This document shows, one piece after another, positions 26,667-38,164 of a stretch of 64,000 nucleotides of DNA. Made by a program: the position numbers and the translations under genes. The notes below the pieces were generated by a model. The model was not told the DNA's origin. It searched no databases and was given only the letters and a program-made list of their open reading frames with translations. Each line of letters begins with the position of its first letter. Position 1 is the stretch's first letter. Source of the stretch: Octopus sinensis (lineage: Eukaryota); assembly GCF_006345805.1 (NCBI RefSeq), contig NC_043004.1:57040001-57104000 (forward strand), read 5' to 3'.

Positions 26667-27950
26667 GTGTCGAAGAGAATAATTGATGTGCCTAGCATCC
26701 AGATAGAACCAAAAAACGGAAAAAAAAGTTTTGCGTTGGCTGCTGGGGGTGGAACCCAGATACTGTCGACGAATAAAAGCGAAATTATGAAATACAGCAA
26801 AATGATGGAAATAAATGACAACAGTGTGAAAATTGAACCTCCGCAAAAGTTATTACAGGAAGAAAAGCAAAAAACAATAATTTTCAAAACATATTGTCTA
26901 CAAAATAGAAAAATTGAAAGAATGTCAGAAGAGAAAATAGAAAAGTGCTTAAAGCCAATATTGGGCGACGTAGTATTTCTGAGAAGAGAAAAAAATTCGG
27001 AACGGTGGAAGTAAGGTTCACCAATAAAGAAATAGCACACAAGAACTCAGTGGAAACGTTGAAAACGAACGACGTGGAGTTAATACCCTATTATATGGGG
27101 ATGAGGACGTCGCGAATAAAAATTACAAGGGTCCCCCCAGAGGTCGAACCTATGTGGTTGTTGGCGGCAGTCCTAATCAAAGAGGTAGAAAAATTTCTCT
27201 CCTCAGGCTACCGCTAAGGAAAACCCACGCTGGGATGGTAAAACAATTAATCTTCTCATTCAAGCGGACCCTAAAATAATTCAAACAATTCCTGAGACAA
27301 TTGAGGTAGGGGAGGAGAACCTCGTGGTGTTTGTTGAGGGCCGAAAACCTCGATGTTTTTTATGTGGTCAATTAGGCCACATTCGAAGGAACTGCAAGGA
27401 AAATGAAGAAGAGGAGGAAGAGGAGAAAAAAGACAAAGAGGAAGAAGATAAAGAAGACCAGATGAGAAAAAAAACAAACAAAAGAAAAATACAACCAGCA
27501 ACCCAGCGAGAGCGGCGACTACTACAGAACAACGACCAAAAAAGACTGCCAGAAGAGAAAAAGAAGAAAGGCATAATAGCCGTATACACTAAAGATACTG
27601 AGCTCATGAGAGACATTCAACTCATAAAGACTGTAAAAAAATTGATAACCTTTCAGAGGAATTTATCAATTACGACATATATGAAGTCTCAAATAAGACT
27701 TATAGAATTCTACAAAATAAGTACAGAAAGACTGTATCTTCATTGAGATTAGATTTTAACAAGTCGATATTTCATGGATTACCAGCTCCGATCCCGCGAG
27801 AAAAGGAAAAGGTGGAGATTCCCCCTCCACCTGATAATTCTGTGTCGGTGGTGAGACGGGATTTTGACAAATCTATTTCCCAAGACCGTCCACCTCCGAC
27901 CCTGGATAAAAAAAAGGTGGAGGGTCCCCCTCCACCGGACAATCCTAATT
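26667..27950 (+). pseudogene. LINE ORF1 (gag-like), frameshifted
   Basis: Overlapping ORF pieces; EGRKPRCFLCGQLGHIRRNC is a CX2CX4HX4C zinc knuckle followed by an acidic/basic low-complexity tail. Confidence 0.8.
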
Positions 27951-27960
27951 AAACAGGTAA

Positions 27961-30900
27961 GTGATGGCTATTCACATTGGTTGTTTAAATGTTCATGGCC
28001 TGTTGTCAAGCTGGAAGCAAGGACGCTTTCTGAATGACATCAGGTCGAGAAATTTGGATGTAATTGTTGCAACGGAAACCCGGGTGAAGGGGCCAAGAGA
28101 TCTGCTCCCCCTCCTGAACGCTACGAGAAATACGTTTCTCCGAGTCGGGCGGGAGGTGGGGGTGGGGTGTTGGTCCTACTAAAAAGAAACCGGGTAGCCG
28201 AGAAAAGTTGGTTTTTTCTGACCCAGAAGGCAGGCTGGTCGTTCTCGACTTGACATTCAGTTGTGGCAAGACAATCAGGCTGGTCGCTATTTATGCACCA
28301 AACATTATTGGCCCGCAAACTGAATATTTTCGTGGCCTAGGAAAGTTCCTAGCCACGTCGCATTCACTAGTAGTGTTAGGGGACTCTAATACAATATGTG
28401 CTGCACACACAGATTGTGTTGGCTCAAACTCGAACATGAACAGAAAATGTAACACAGGCTTTCGGGATCTGCTAAGTCAATTTCAGCTAGCAGATCCATA
28501 TAGGTTGGAGCACCCGAACACTCCACAGTGGACGTGGTCAAATAGTGACGGGTCTACCAGAACATATCTAGATAGGATTTTAATTAGAGAAAAAGATAAG
28601 TCCATAGTTGAGTGTCCACAGTTTTTTCTAGTCAGCTACAGTGACCACAAGATGGTTACCTGTAAACTGACGGTAGATAAGTTGCATAGACAGGGATCTG
28701 GCTACTGGAAACTCAATACGTCCCTTTTGGCGATTGAGGAGTACAGAAAGCGGATCAAGATGTTAATACAGAGGGCATTAACAGGTACCATCATTAATAA
28801 CAAATGGTGGTACGCCCTAAAAAGAGCCATCAAATATGAGTCTATTAGGTTTAGCATAAGTTTAGCTAAGAAGGGACGTAAAATAGGAGATGGTCTAGTT
28901 AAGAACTAGAAGAAGCCTGGAGGACTGGTAATACAGACCAAGCGAGGGTGAAAAGACTGGAGTTAAACCAGCATCTTGAAGCCCACCACATGGGAAGTAT
29001 TACCAGAGCTAAGTTACGTGCAATGGGAAGTGAAGGAATCAAAGCCGCTGGATGGGCCCGAGTGGTGGAAGCTCGGCAAGGAAATAGTTCCTCTATTCGG
29101 TCTTTGACGAATCAAAATGGTGTCTTGATAAACGAACCCGAGAAAATGTGTGAGGTCTTTCGGGAGTACTTCGCCCAGCTGTTCGGGGGTGACGGCGGTC
29201 CTGGTGGTGGGAGAGCCCTCGAGGACTTTCTTACCGGGCTGCCGTGCCTCTCGGGGTCGGATGCGGAGTCTTGCGAAGGGCCAATCACACTTGAGGAGGT
29301 GATGGAGGCTTTGGCCGATTGTAAAGCGGGTAAGTCACCGGGACTTGATGGTCTTCCGTACGAGCTGTATAAATGTATGCCAGACTTGTTCGGGCAACTA
29401 CTGACTGACGTGTACGCGAACTGGAAACAGAATGGGTTTATCCCCAGATCTGTGCGCCGGGGAGTAGTGACGTTGGTCAGAAAGGACCCGGACAAGGGGG
29501 ACGTTCTAGAGAATTTCAGGCCCATCACTCTGTTAAACGCAGAAGTGAAGATTTTGGCCAAGGTTCTAGCAAAAAGGTTGGCGCGTGTCGCGAATGGTAT
29601 AGTCGGGGAGGCACAGACATGTGCCATCCCAGGCAGAACCATTCAGGATACCCTCCATCTTATTCGCTATACCATAGAGAGGTTTGGTAATAAATCTGGC
29701 AAAGGTGGGGCATTGGTGCATTTGGACCAGTCTAAAGCTTTGATAGGGTTGACCATCGATACCTAGCGACTGTACTTGCGCGGTTTGGCCTGGGCCTTGG
29801 CTTCCTCAGGTGGTTTATCGCTTTGTACCACAACATTGACTCGATAGTTCGGGTGAACGGTTTCCTTTCGAAGCCGTTCTGCATCAGACGCTCGGTTCGT
29901 CAAGGATGTCCGCTTTCACCACTTTTGTATGTGATGGCTCTCGAGCCATTACTGCAAAGGTTGAGTGGCATCCCGAGAGAACCAGGACTAGAGGAGTTTG
30001 TTACGGCTTTCGCGGATGATATCACTATCAGTGTAACCACAGTGGTACGCCTACGTGAAGTAGGTAAGACTATTGAGGCTTACGAGGAGGTAGCAGGAGC
30101 AAAGATTAACCGGGAAAAGTCGGTCGGCTTGCAGCTCGGCACCTGGGTTGGCAAGTCGATGCCTTCAGACAGTGTTGTTAGGCGCTGGACGGAGGGACCG
30201 GTTAAGTTGCTGGGAGTCTGGTTTGGACCAGGCCTCCAGATAGAGAAGAACTGGACGGAGGTATTGAGCAGGGTGGCTGCAGTAGTCAAGACTTGGTCTT
30301 GGCGGTGGCTATCCCTGAAAGGGAGGGTGGAAGTGGCCAATGTGTTTATCGCATCGGTCATTACCTACCGCCTGACTGTCGTGCCCTGTCCGGATTCGTG
30401 GTTGATCAGGTTGGAGAGACAGCTCTTTCGCTTTTTGTGGAAGGGCAGGTCGCCACTTGTGAAACGCTCTGTCTGCTGTCAAAAGCCTTTAAATGGAGGT
30501 TTAGGGATGCCTTGGTTAATGATGCGCAGACATGCGTTGAGTTTGAGGCACCTCTGGATTCTCCTGGATAGTGAACGGGTGTGGTCTCCGCTGGCCAGAC
30601 AAATGTTCCCTGAGTTCAAGAGTTTTTGCGAACAGGAAGCCTGGTGTTCTCGTAGACCGAGGTCGAGTGAGTGGCATAAAGAGTGCCGTAAGGCCCTCTT
30701 GCTGTTCCGGCGCTCGGGCAACGCCAGCGGTGGGGGTTCCACACGGATTTTATATAGTGGGTTGGTAGAGTCTGAATGCGACGATGGCCTGGGGTCGACT
30801 CTAGGTCTCGGATATATTCAACTGGACAGCTTGTTTCATCGTACATTCGGGTTGAGAACGTTGGACAACTTCCAAAAGTCCTTAACCTGGCAATGCTACA

Positions 30901-31376
30901 GAGGTGCCTTGCCCGTTTGGGATAAGCTCGCAAGACATGGTAAACGTCAGTCGCCGACCTGTCCAAGATGCGGTGGGGACAGGGAAACCGTCCCTCACGC
31001 TATTGTTCAGTGTCCGGAGATAACTGAAATGTGGGCTTATGCTGAACATCTGTTGTCCGGCGAAGGAAGAGTACGGCTGTCGACTATAAAAATTGACCCA
31101 CCGAACGAAGGTAAGAATTGTTTTCTCACGGTTGTAGCAATAGCAAAAGAGGCTGTATGGAATACTAGGATAAAAGGAATTAAGACAGGCAACTTTATCT
31201 CTGGTGACAATTTACGATCCTTTTTTTTCTTTTCATTTGAAAAGGAAACTGTGGCTGGAGAAGAGGTGTCTGTCAGAGTGTACGTTCCAAAAGAGATGGA
31301 AGTATGTTGCACGAGTGTTGTGCGTGCAAGGAACCGTGTGAATAGACGAGGAAAAAAAAAAAAAAAGGAAAAATAA
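27961..31376 (+). pseudogene. LINE ORF2 (APE endonuclease, reverse transcriptase, zinc-binding domain) with at least 3 frameshifts
   Basis: IGCLNVHGL, VIVATET, VYAP-like AIYAPN, LGDSN, SDH (APE); KSPGLDG, NFRPITLLN, QGCPLSPLLY, FADD (RT); CPRCGGDRETVPHAIVQC. Frame changes near 28.13, 28.90 and 29.74 kb. Confidence 0.92.
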
Positions 31377-32365
31377 AAAGTTATCAGCGGTAGATCGGGG
31401 CTTGTGGGATCGGAGCGTAACTTGATCATCGCTTCATTTGTATTGTTTTTGTACTGTGTATTCCATTCGATTTTTATGTATTGTATTTTATTTTTGATGT
31501 CACATTTATGTAAAATCATATCGATTCACTGATCCCATCAGTTGTACTGTCCATATCTATGTTTGGCCCCCGGTGGGCAATAGAGAAATTGGTATTAAGC
31601 TGGCCGTAGTCGCCATGACGTAGAAGACCGCAGTCAGAACGGTGCTATTGAAGTGTCTGAAACGCATACTAATTACTATCTGTCAGTCAATGGCCTTGAT
31701 CACCATTAACAAACATGATGATCATATGATAAAAAAGCTTTGTAGAGATAGTATCTTCTTTCTTGACCCTTATTGATGGTGATTTTAGTGCAGCAGATTA
31801 TACTGAGAGACCTAGATATTGAGAGCTTGGCAGTGGATCTTAAAACGATCTTAAAACTAGGCCTACAAAGAATAAGCCCTGGGGTCGATTTGTTCGACTA
31901 CAGGCGGTGTTCCAGCATGGCCGCACTCAAATAACTGAAACAAGAAAAAGAGTAAAAGAATATTTATACAGAGTGAGAGAGACAGAAAGAGAGAGAAAAG
32001 AAACAATGAGTGAGGGTGTGTGTATGTGTGTGCACATATACAAGTGATCGGAAAAATATTGAAAATATTTTGTTGAAAAGAATCTCTTTTTAATGATTTG
32101 ATATCCATCATGTACCGAGGAAGTAATCTGTACAATTCTATTCGGTTGTTGGGGTAATTTCGAACCATACATTAAGTAAGACCTGCTGTAATTATTTCAG
32201 CGATGTTTTCAGACAGAAGCACCTGCTCCTCCAATTTTCTCATTCAATGTTCGACGATTTTACGATCCGGTAATTAAGAACAATCCGTATGGTCTACATC
32301 AGTTTTGTGTTCTCCGTACTGTGAGAATCAGCTAAATATCGACTAGTAAAATTGGACTATATTTG

Positions 32366-32560
32366 AGCCACATGGCCTAGTGGTTACAGCAGCGAACTCG
32401 CAATCGAGGGATCGCGGGTTCGAATCTCAGACCGAGCGATGAATGAAATACCTAAGCTCCACGCGGCTCCAGCAGAAGGTAATGGCGAACTTTTGCTGAC
32501 TTTTTCTTACTCTCTGACTCTTTCCTCTTGCATCTAACAGCTCACCTACAACGGACCCTA
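32366..32560 (+). mobile_element. SINE family 3 copy
   Basis: tggcctagtggttac (A box), gggttcgaatct (B box), cctaagctccacgcggctcc shared with the 24985-25270 copy. Confidence 0.7.
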
Positions 32561-32673
32561 ACCTTAAACCTATACACCAATGTAACCGGGAAAACGGGCT
32601 TTTATGAACCAGGCATAATTCGGGAAGTAACAAGCAACAACAAAACTGTAGTATTATGAAGAAACAATGCTGA

Positions 32674-33290
32674 CAAAGTCGACCTCAGCGGAATTTTAAC
32701 TCAGAACATAAAGACAGACGAAATACCTATTTCTTTACTGCCCACAAGGGGCTAAACACAGAGGGGACAAACAAGGACAGACAAACGGATTAAGTCGACT
32801 ATATCGAATTCAGTGCGTAACTGGTACTTATTTAATCGACCCCGAAAGGATGAAAGGCAAAGTTGACCTCGGCGGAATTTGAACGCAAAACGTAGCGGCA
32901 GACGAAATGCCGCTCAGCATTTCGCCCGGCGTACTAGCGTTTCGGCCAGCTCGCCGCCTTAAGGATGAAAAGCAAAGTTGACCTCGGCGAAATTTGAACT
33001 CAGAAAGTAACGGCAGACTAAATACCGCTAAGCATTTTGCTGGCGTGCTAACGTTTCTCATTTCTTTATTTCCCAAAAGGGGCAAAAAATAGAGGGGACA
33101 AACAAACACAGACAAGGAGATTAAGTCAATTTCATCTACACCAGTGCGTAACTGGTACTTAATTTATCGACCCCGAAAGGATGAAAGGTAAAGTGGACCT
33201 CGGCGGCATTTGTACTTAGAAGTCAAAGATAGTCGATTGGCGGTAAGCATTTCACCCGGCGTGCTTACGTTTCTGCCAGCTCGCCGCCTT
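32674..33290 (-). mobile_element. SINE family 1 multi-unit array
   Basis: Several repeated cores, with junctions near 32726 and 33058. Confidence 0.85.
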
Positions 33291-33295
33291 CCTCA

Positions 33296-33475
33296 TTGCT
33301 TATTACTACCATAATCATCACTACAAGAACAACAAACAGCAACAACAACAACAACAATAACTTCTACTACTACTACGACAACGACGACGACGAGAATGAC
33401 TACCACCGCCGCCGCCACCACCATCACCACAACAACAACAGCTACTACTACTACTACTACTACTATCACTGGCAT
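33296..33475. repeat. Mosaic trinucleotide microsatellite (CAA/TAC/GAC/CAC)
   Basis: Directly visible; adjacent to a SINE1 head. Confidence 0.9.
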
Positions 33476-33829
33476 GATAACAGTACTATCTATTGAGAAA
33501 TGAATCTACAAAAATTGACCACAGTTCGTGCAGTATTTTTCTACATGTGTGTATCAGTGTGGCTATGTATAGAAAAATGTGCGTCAAAATACATTTTTAG
33601 TCAATATGATGTGTGGGTGAACCTGTGAAATACGGCTTTAGTTTTTAATAATACAAACGCGGTGCACTTGTTGTAGGAAAAATGTCAATAAAGCAGCAAG
33701 CTAGTTAAAATTTTACTCGAATTGGGACAAGCGAACATGTATAAATAGCATACACGCACGCACACACAGAGTTATACACACACACAGACACACACACACA
33801 CACACACACACCACACACACACACACACA

Positions 33830-33869
<40 letters not shown>

Positions 33870-33997
33870 TTATATGTAGAAAAATACAAACTGGGACAAG
33901 AACGCAAAGCATTAGAAGACGATACAAATACACGGACGGGACATTCGAAGCCTTCAATCTTCAGTCAAGAACCGGATCATCCTCGCAAATTCGGCTG

Positions 33998-34040
<43 letters not shown>

Positions 34041-34048
34041 TATATCCA

Positions 34049-34087
<39 letters not shown>

Positions 34088-34861
34088 GTATGTATATAAA
34101 CATGCATAAATGTTCACGTGGATGTTCATATATGTAATCATAAGTATTACATATACAGATTCGATTACTCACAGATATAAATATACGCATCTGTACATGC
34201 ACAAATCTTTTTATTAGTCGATTCAGCAAAAAGGGTTGTGCGAATCCTGGGGTACAGCCAACTGTTGTTGCTACACCTTCATTAATCATCCTTTAATTGT
34301 TGGTATTTGATGGATGAAGGACTTTCGTGCTGTACCTTCAGTCTTAATTCCTGTCGTGAATTAAGACACACACAGACACATGTAATGTAATATATAGATA
34401 CCCGGTATCGTTTGGCTATCTCAGTAGGCTCCTATAGCGGACTCGGCTACTGGACCACATAGTAATCAAATGCAGATAAACTCCGATCAGCTGAAATCCG
34501 TATGTGATTTAGGTAATTATTTCGTGAGGTGTATATAAACCATCAAATGTCAGGAGAGGTGATTATATACATTTAACCAAATGTCATATTTATGCAATTA
34601 AACTTCTTTATGTAATAATAATTCCTGTTTATAATGCGTTCCTTTTGGAACCCGACACTAATATGCATGCTACGCATTATACAATGCAGTGGTATAATAA
34701 AACATGAAGCATTAATGCAGAAAGTATTAGCTAGCTAATCAGATCACCTCAAAATCATGGCGGCACCAATAAGTGAAATTTAAGTACGCATACAAGGTAA
34801 TACATAAATATGTTCACCTTTCATTGCGAATGGCTTTTTATGGTGTATATAAATAAATATA

Positions 34862-35081
34862 TACTCTCTTTACTCTTTTACTTGTTTCAGTCATTTGACT
34901 GCGGCCGTGCTGGAGCACCGCCTTTAGTCGAGCAACTCGACCCCGGGACTTATTCTTTGTAAGCCCAATACTTATTCTATCGGTCTCTTTTACCTAATCG
35001 CTAAGTTACGGGGATATAAACACACCAGCATCGGTTGTCAAGCAATGCTAGGGGTACAAACTCAGACACACAAACATATAC

Positions 35082-35112
<31 letters not shown>

Positions 35113-35310
35113 ACACATTATATATATATATATATATATATATATACGACGAGCTTCTTTTAGTTTCCATCTACCAAATCCACTCTCAAGGCTTTGGTCG
35201 GCCCGAGGCTATAGTAGAAGACACTTGCCCAAAGTGCCACGCAGTGGGAATGAACCCGGAAGCATGTTGTTGGTAAGCAAGCTACTTACCACTCAGCCAC
35301 TCCTGCGCCA
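34862..35310 (-). mobile_element. SINE family 2, full length
   Basis: Tail ttactctttta, 3' module, internal (CA)n(TA)n, head ending ccactcctgcgcc. Confidence 0.9.
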
Positions 35311-35318
35311 TACTTTTT

Positions 35319-35422
35319 AAAAAATTTGGAACGCTTCACGAATTTGCGTGTCATCCTTGTGCAGGGGGCATGCTAATCTTCTCTGTATCGTTCCAATTTG
35401 AGTATATGTATTGCCGAAGCAA
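35319..35422 (-). ncRNA. U6: U6 snRNA copy, probably a retrocopy/pseudogene
   Basis: Minus strand ttgcttcggcaatacatatactcaaattggaacgatacagagaagattagcatgccccctgcacaaggatgacacgcaaattcgtgaagcgttccaaatttttt. ACAGAGA box and AGC triad are intact; a few 5' nt are missing, there are about 3-4 substitutions, and (TA)n lies upstream instead of a promoter. Confidence 0.93.
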
Positions 35423-35611
35423 TATATATATATATATATACAATGGAAGGAGCATTCATATTTTATATCAACTAATCAATAGACTGGTTGAGTAAACCTA
35501 TGAGTAATGCATCTATATAATATCTACTGTAAACAGCTGTGAGCCAAATCTACTATAATAAAGTGAAAATATGTAATGACCATAATATATACCTTGTCAT
35601 ATATATATATA

Positions 35612-36000
35612 TAGTAAGTAGCTTGCTTACCAACCACATGGTTCCGATTCAGTCCCACTTCGTGGCATCTTGGGCAAGTGTCTTCTGCTATAGCCTCGGG
35701 CCGACCAATGCCTTATGAGTGGATTTGGTAGACGGAAACTGAAAGAAGCCTGTCGTATATATGTATATATATATATGTATGTGTGTGTATGTTTGTGTGT
35801 CTGCGTTTGTCCCCCTGGCATTGCTTGACAACCGATGCTGGTGTGCTTTCGTCCCCGTCACTTAGCGGTTCGGCAAACGAGACCGATAGAATAAGTACTG
35901 GGCTTTCAAAGAATAAGTGCCGGGGTCGATTTGCTCGACTAAAGGCGGTGCTCCAGCATGGCCGTAGTGAAAATGACTGAAACAAGTAAAAGAATAAAAG
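35612..36000 (+). mobile_element. SINE family 2, slightly 5'-truncated
   Basis: Family 2 modules in order. Confidence 0.9.
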
Positions 36001-36430
36001 AAAGGATATATAATATGAAATTGGACATTGGCGATCGTTATATTCTTTCTTGTCTTGAAGTTCCCAGCCAAACGGTTGGGTGGATTCGCGTGAAAAATGG
36101 CACTCATGTGGAGACAGGTGCTAAGATTAGAATTCAGTTTAACTACGCCGCATACTTATCGAGAAAATCGATTAAAACTTTTCCTAATAGAAATTCCCTC
36201 TTTCTTCTGCCATTAAAACAACCATTTGCTTAGAAGCTGTTTTCCGACGGGGTGGGATCAGGAAATGTTCATATAGTTGGAGGCTCCAATCGAAACAGGG
36301 GACTCGAAATTATAAGGTTGACAAATGCTGTTATAGATTATGCCTAACCGAATCACAGCCACATCATCCAAATACATTGGGTGAAGCCGGGCTTATATAT
36401 ATATATATATATCTACATGCACGCATACGC

Positions 36431-36458
<28 letters not shown>

Positions 36459-36461
<3 letters not shown>

Positions 36462-36792
36462 CAAATAATGAAAGAATGGAGTTGAACGACGATTTAACAA
36501 AATTCCTTTATTCTCGACATATGTTTCGAAGGCTGCATATTCCTAATTTCGAAGGAATAAAGGGTGCATTATGTCGCCTTCACATCAGGAAAAACAAGGA
36601 ACTTATGTCAGCATCAAGATGAACAAAAACTCTTAGATGACTGCCCACACGGAGTCCATAGCGATAATGAAAAGGCGGCATAATGCACCCCTTATTCCTT
36701 CGAAATTAGGAATATGCAGCCTTCGAAACATGTCGAGAATAAAGGAATTTTCTTAAATCGCCGTTCAACTCCTTTCTTTCATTTATTTGTAT
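36459..36792. repeat. Inverted repeat (about 127-bp arms, about 80-bp spacer) of a pseudo-LTR-like HHR element
   Basis: 36459-36585 is the reverse complement of 36666-36792 with a few mismatches. Confidence 0.9.
36511..36593 (-). ncRNA. Type I hammerhead motif with extended stem II (core CUGAUGU)
   Basis: UUUUC-CUGAUGU-GAAGGC[42 nt containing UAUUCCU/AGGAAUA hairpin]GCCUUC-GAA-ACAUAUGU-C-GAGAA; GUC triplet; A9 is U in this arm. Confidence 0.55.
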
Positions 36793-36933
36793 TAAAAAAA
36801 CACACAAATTTCCACACGAAAGCACGTGATCTCTGCCCTTGGCATGTAGGTTCATCCGTGTTTTTCTGACGTGAATTTGCTACCCAGGTATCGGTTAACC
36901 GAATTATCCATACTAAGGTAATTCATTCAACAA

Positions 36934-36997
<64 letters not shown>

Positions 36998-37104
36998 TTA
37001 TGTATATGCATATATATGTGTGTGTATATATATATGCCAGATATGACAAACGTTTATTCGCGTAGCCAACCGGAACAACAGAGAACTATTTGTTTCAACA
37101 ACTT

Positions 37105-37135
<31 letters not shown>

Positions 37136-37674
37136 GATAGATAGATACATACATACATACATACATACATACATACATACATACATGTAGACGAGGTTTT
37201 GTTACAGTAGAAGACACCCTGTACCACAGAGATTTATAGTATCGCATATTCCGCAATAATGCTCCCGAGGGAGTGATTCTCTATACCAAACATGTTTTAC
37301 AATTAGGTTTATGTGATATAAATCAATGATTTTAAACTGAAGCTGTAAATATGAAGTAAATACATTGAAAATATATACTTCATTGCATTGTCTGTCTAAA
37401 ATTCTCTCGCTCTCTCGCTCTCTCTCTCTTTGTTTCCCTTTCCCACCTGTATGAATACAATCATAAACATACATATATACACATGCACAAACACAGTTAG
37501 ACACACTTATATATATATTTACATATATATGTATATACATGTATATATATGTATGTATGCATATATATAGACGATGGCTTAACTGGGTGAAAGTTGGAAG
37601 GCACTATCAACAACATTGCTGTATACGTATAAAATATTCGTACTCTACAGATGTATTGTGTAACATCTGTAGAG

Positions 37675-37945
37675 TATGGCCTGCTCAGCCTGTAATGACA
37701 TGCATAAGATCTGGTCATCAAATCTAAGTAGAGACTTCAAACTTGAAATCTTCAAAGCCACAGTCGAGCCAATTCTACTATATGACCCAGAAACCTGGAC
37801 GTTATCAAAGAAGCTTGAGAGGCAGTTGGATGGAACCTACACTCGCCTCCTTATGAGAGCTCAAAATCTCTCGTGGAAGCGCCATCCAACCAAAATGCAA
37901 ATATATGGGAAACTACCACCTGTGTCATCTCTTGTGAAAGGTAGT
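37675..37945 (+). mobile_element. RTE-type LINE internal fragment
   Basis: KIWSSNLSRDFKLEIFKATVEPILLYDPETWTLSKKLERQLDGTYTRLL matches the RTE post-RT region (LLYG.ETW). Confidence 0.85.
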
Positions 37946-38164
37946 CGAACAATTATGACAATGATTGTGTAACACATCAGATTAATGTAAACATGTTTTT
38001 ATTATAACTGAGCATAAGAACAAACATTAATATTTATCTCTCAATCTATCTATCTATCAATTCATCTCCCGCCTCCATCTCTCTCTCTAACTATATAGAT
38101 GAATATAGTTATATAGACAGAAATATATATATATATATTATATATATATATATTATATATATAT

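Larger units (their letters stand above)
26269..31590 (+). mobile_element. Near full-length L1/Tx1-clade non-LTR retrotransposon, inactivated by frameshifts
   Basis: ORF1 with CCHC knuckle; ORF2 with APE, RT and C-terminal CCHC. 3' UTR ends gtgggcaatagagaaatt. The Tx1 assignment rests on domain layout and motifs. Confidence 0.9.

Noticed and set aside
28148-28170. G-quadruplex-like run in LINE ORF2
   Set aside because: Explained by the Gly-rich GGGV coding motif of the APE domain.
29112-30966. Antisense and alternative-frame ORFs overlapping LINE ORF2
   Set aside because: Shadow ORFs of a GC-richer coding sequence with no motifs of their own.
33296-33496. Poly-V / poly-N,H,Y ORFs
   Set aside because: Trinucleotide microsatellite with no splice or codon context.
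33930-34000. Minus-strand CUGAAGA…GAAUGUC
   Set aside because: A15.1 is missing and there is no stem I partner; the element is truncated.
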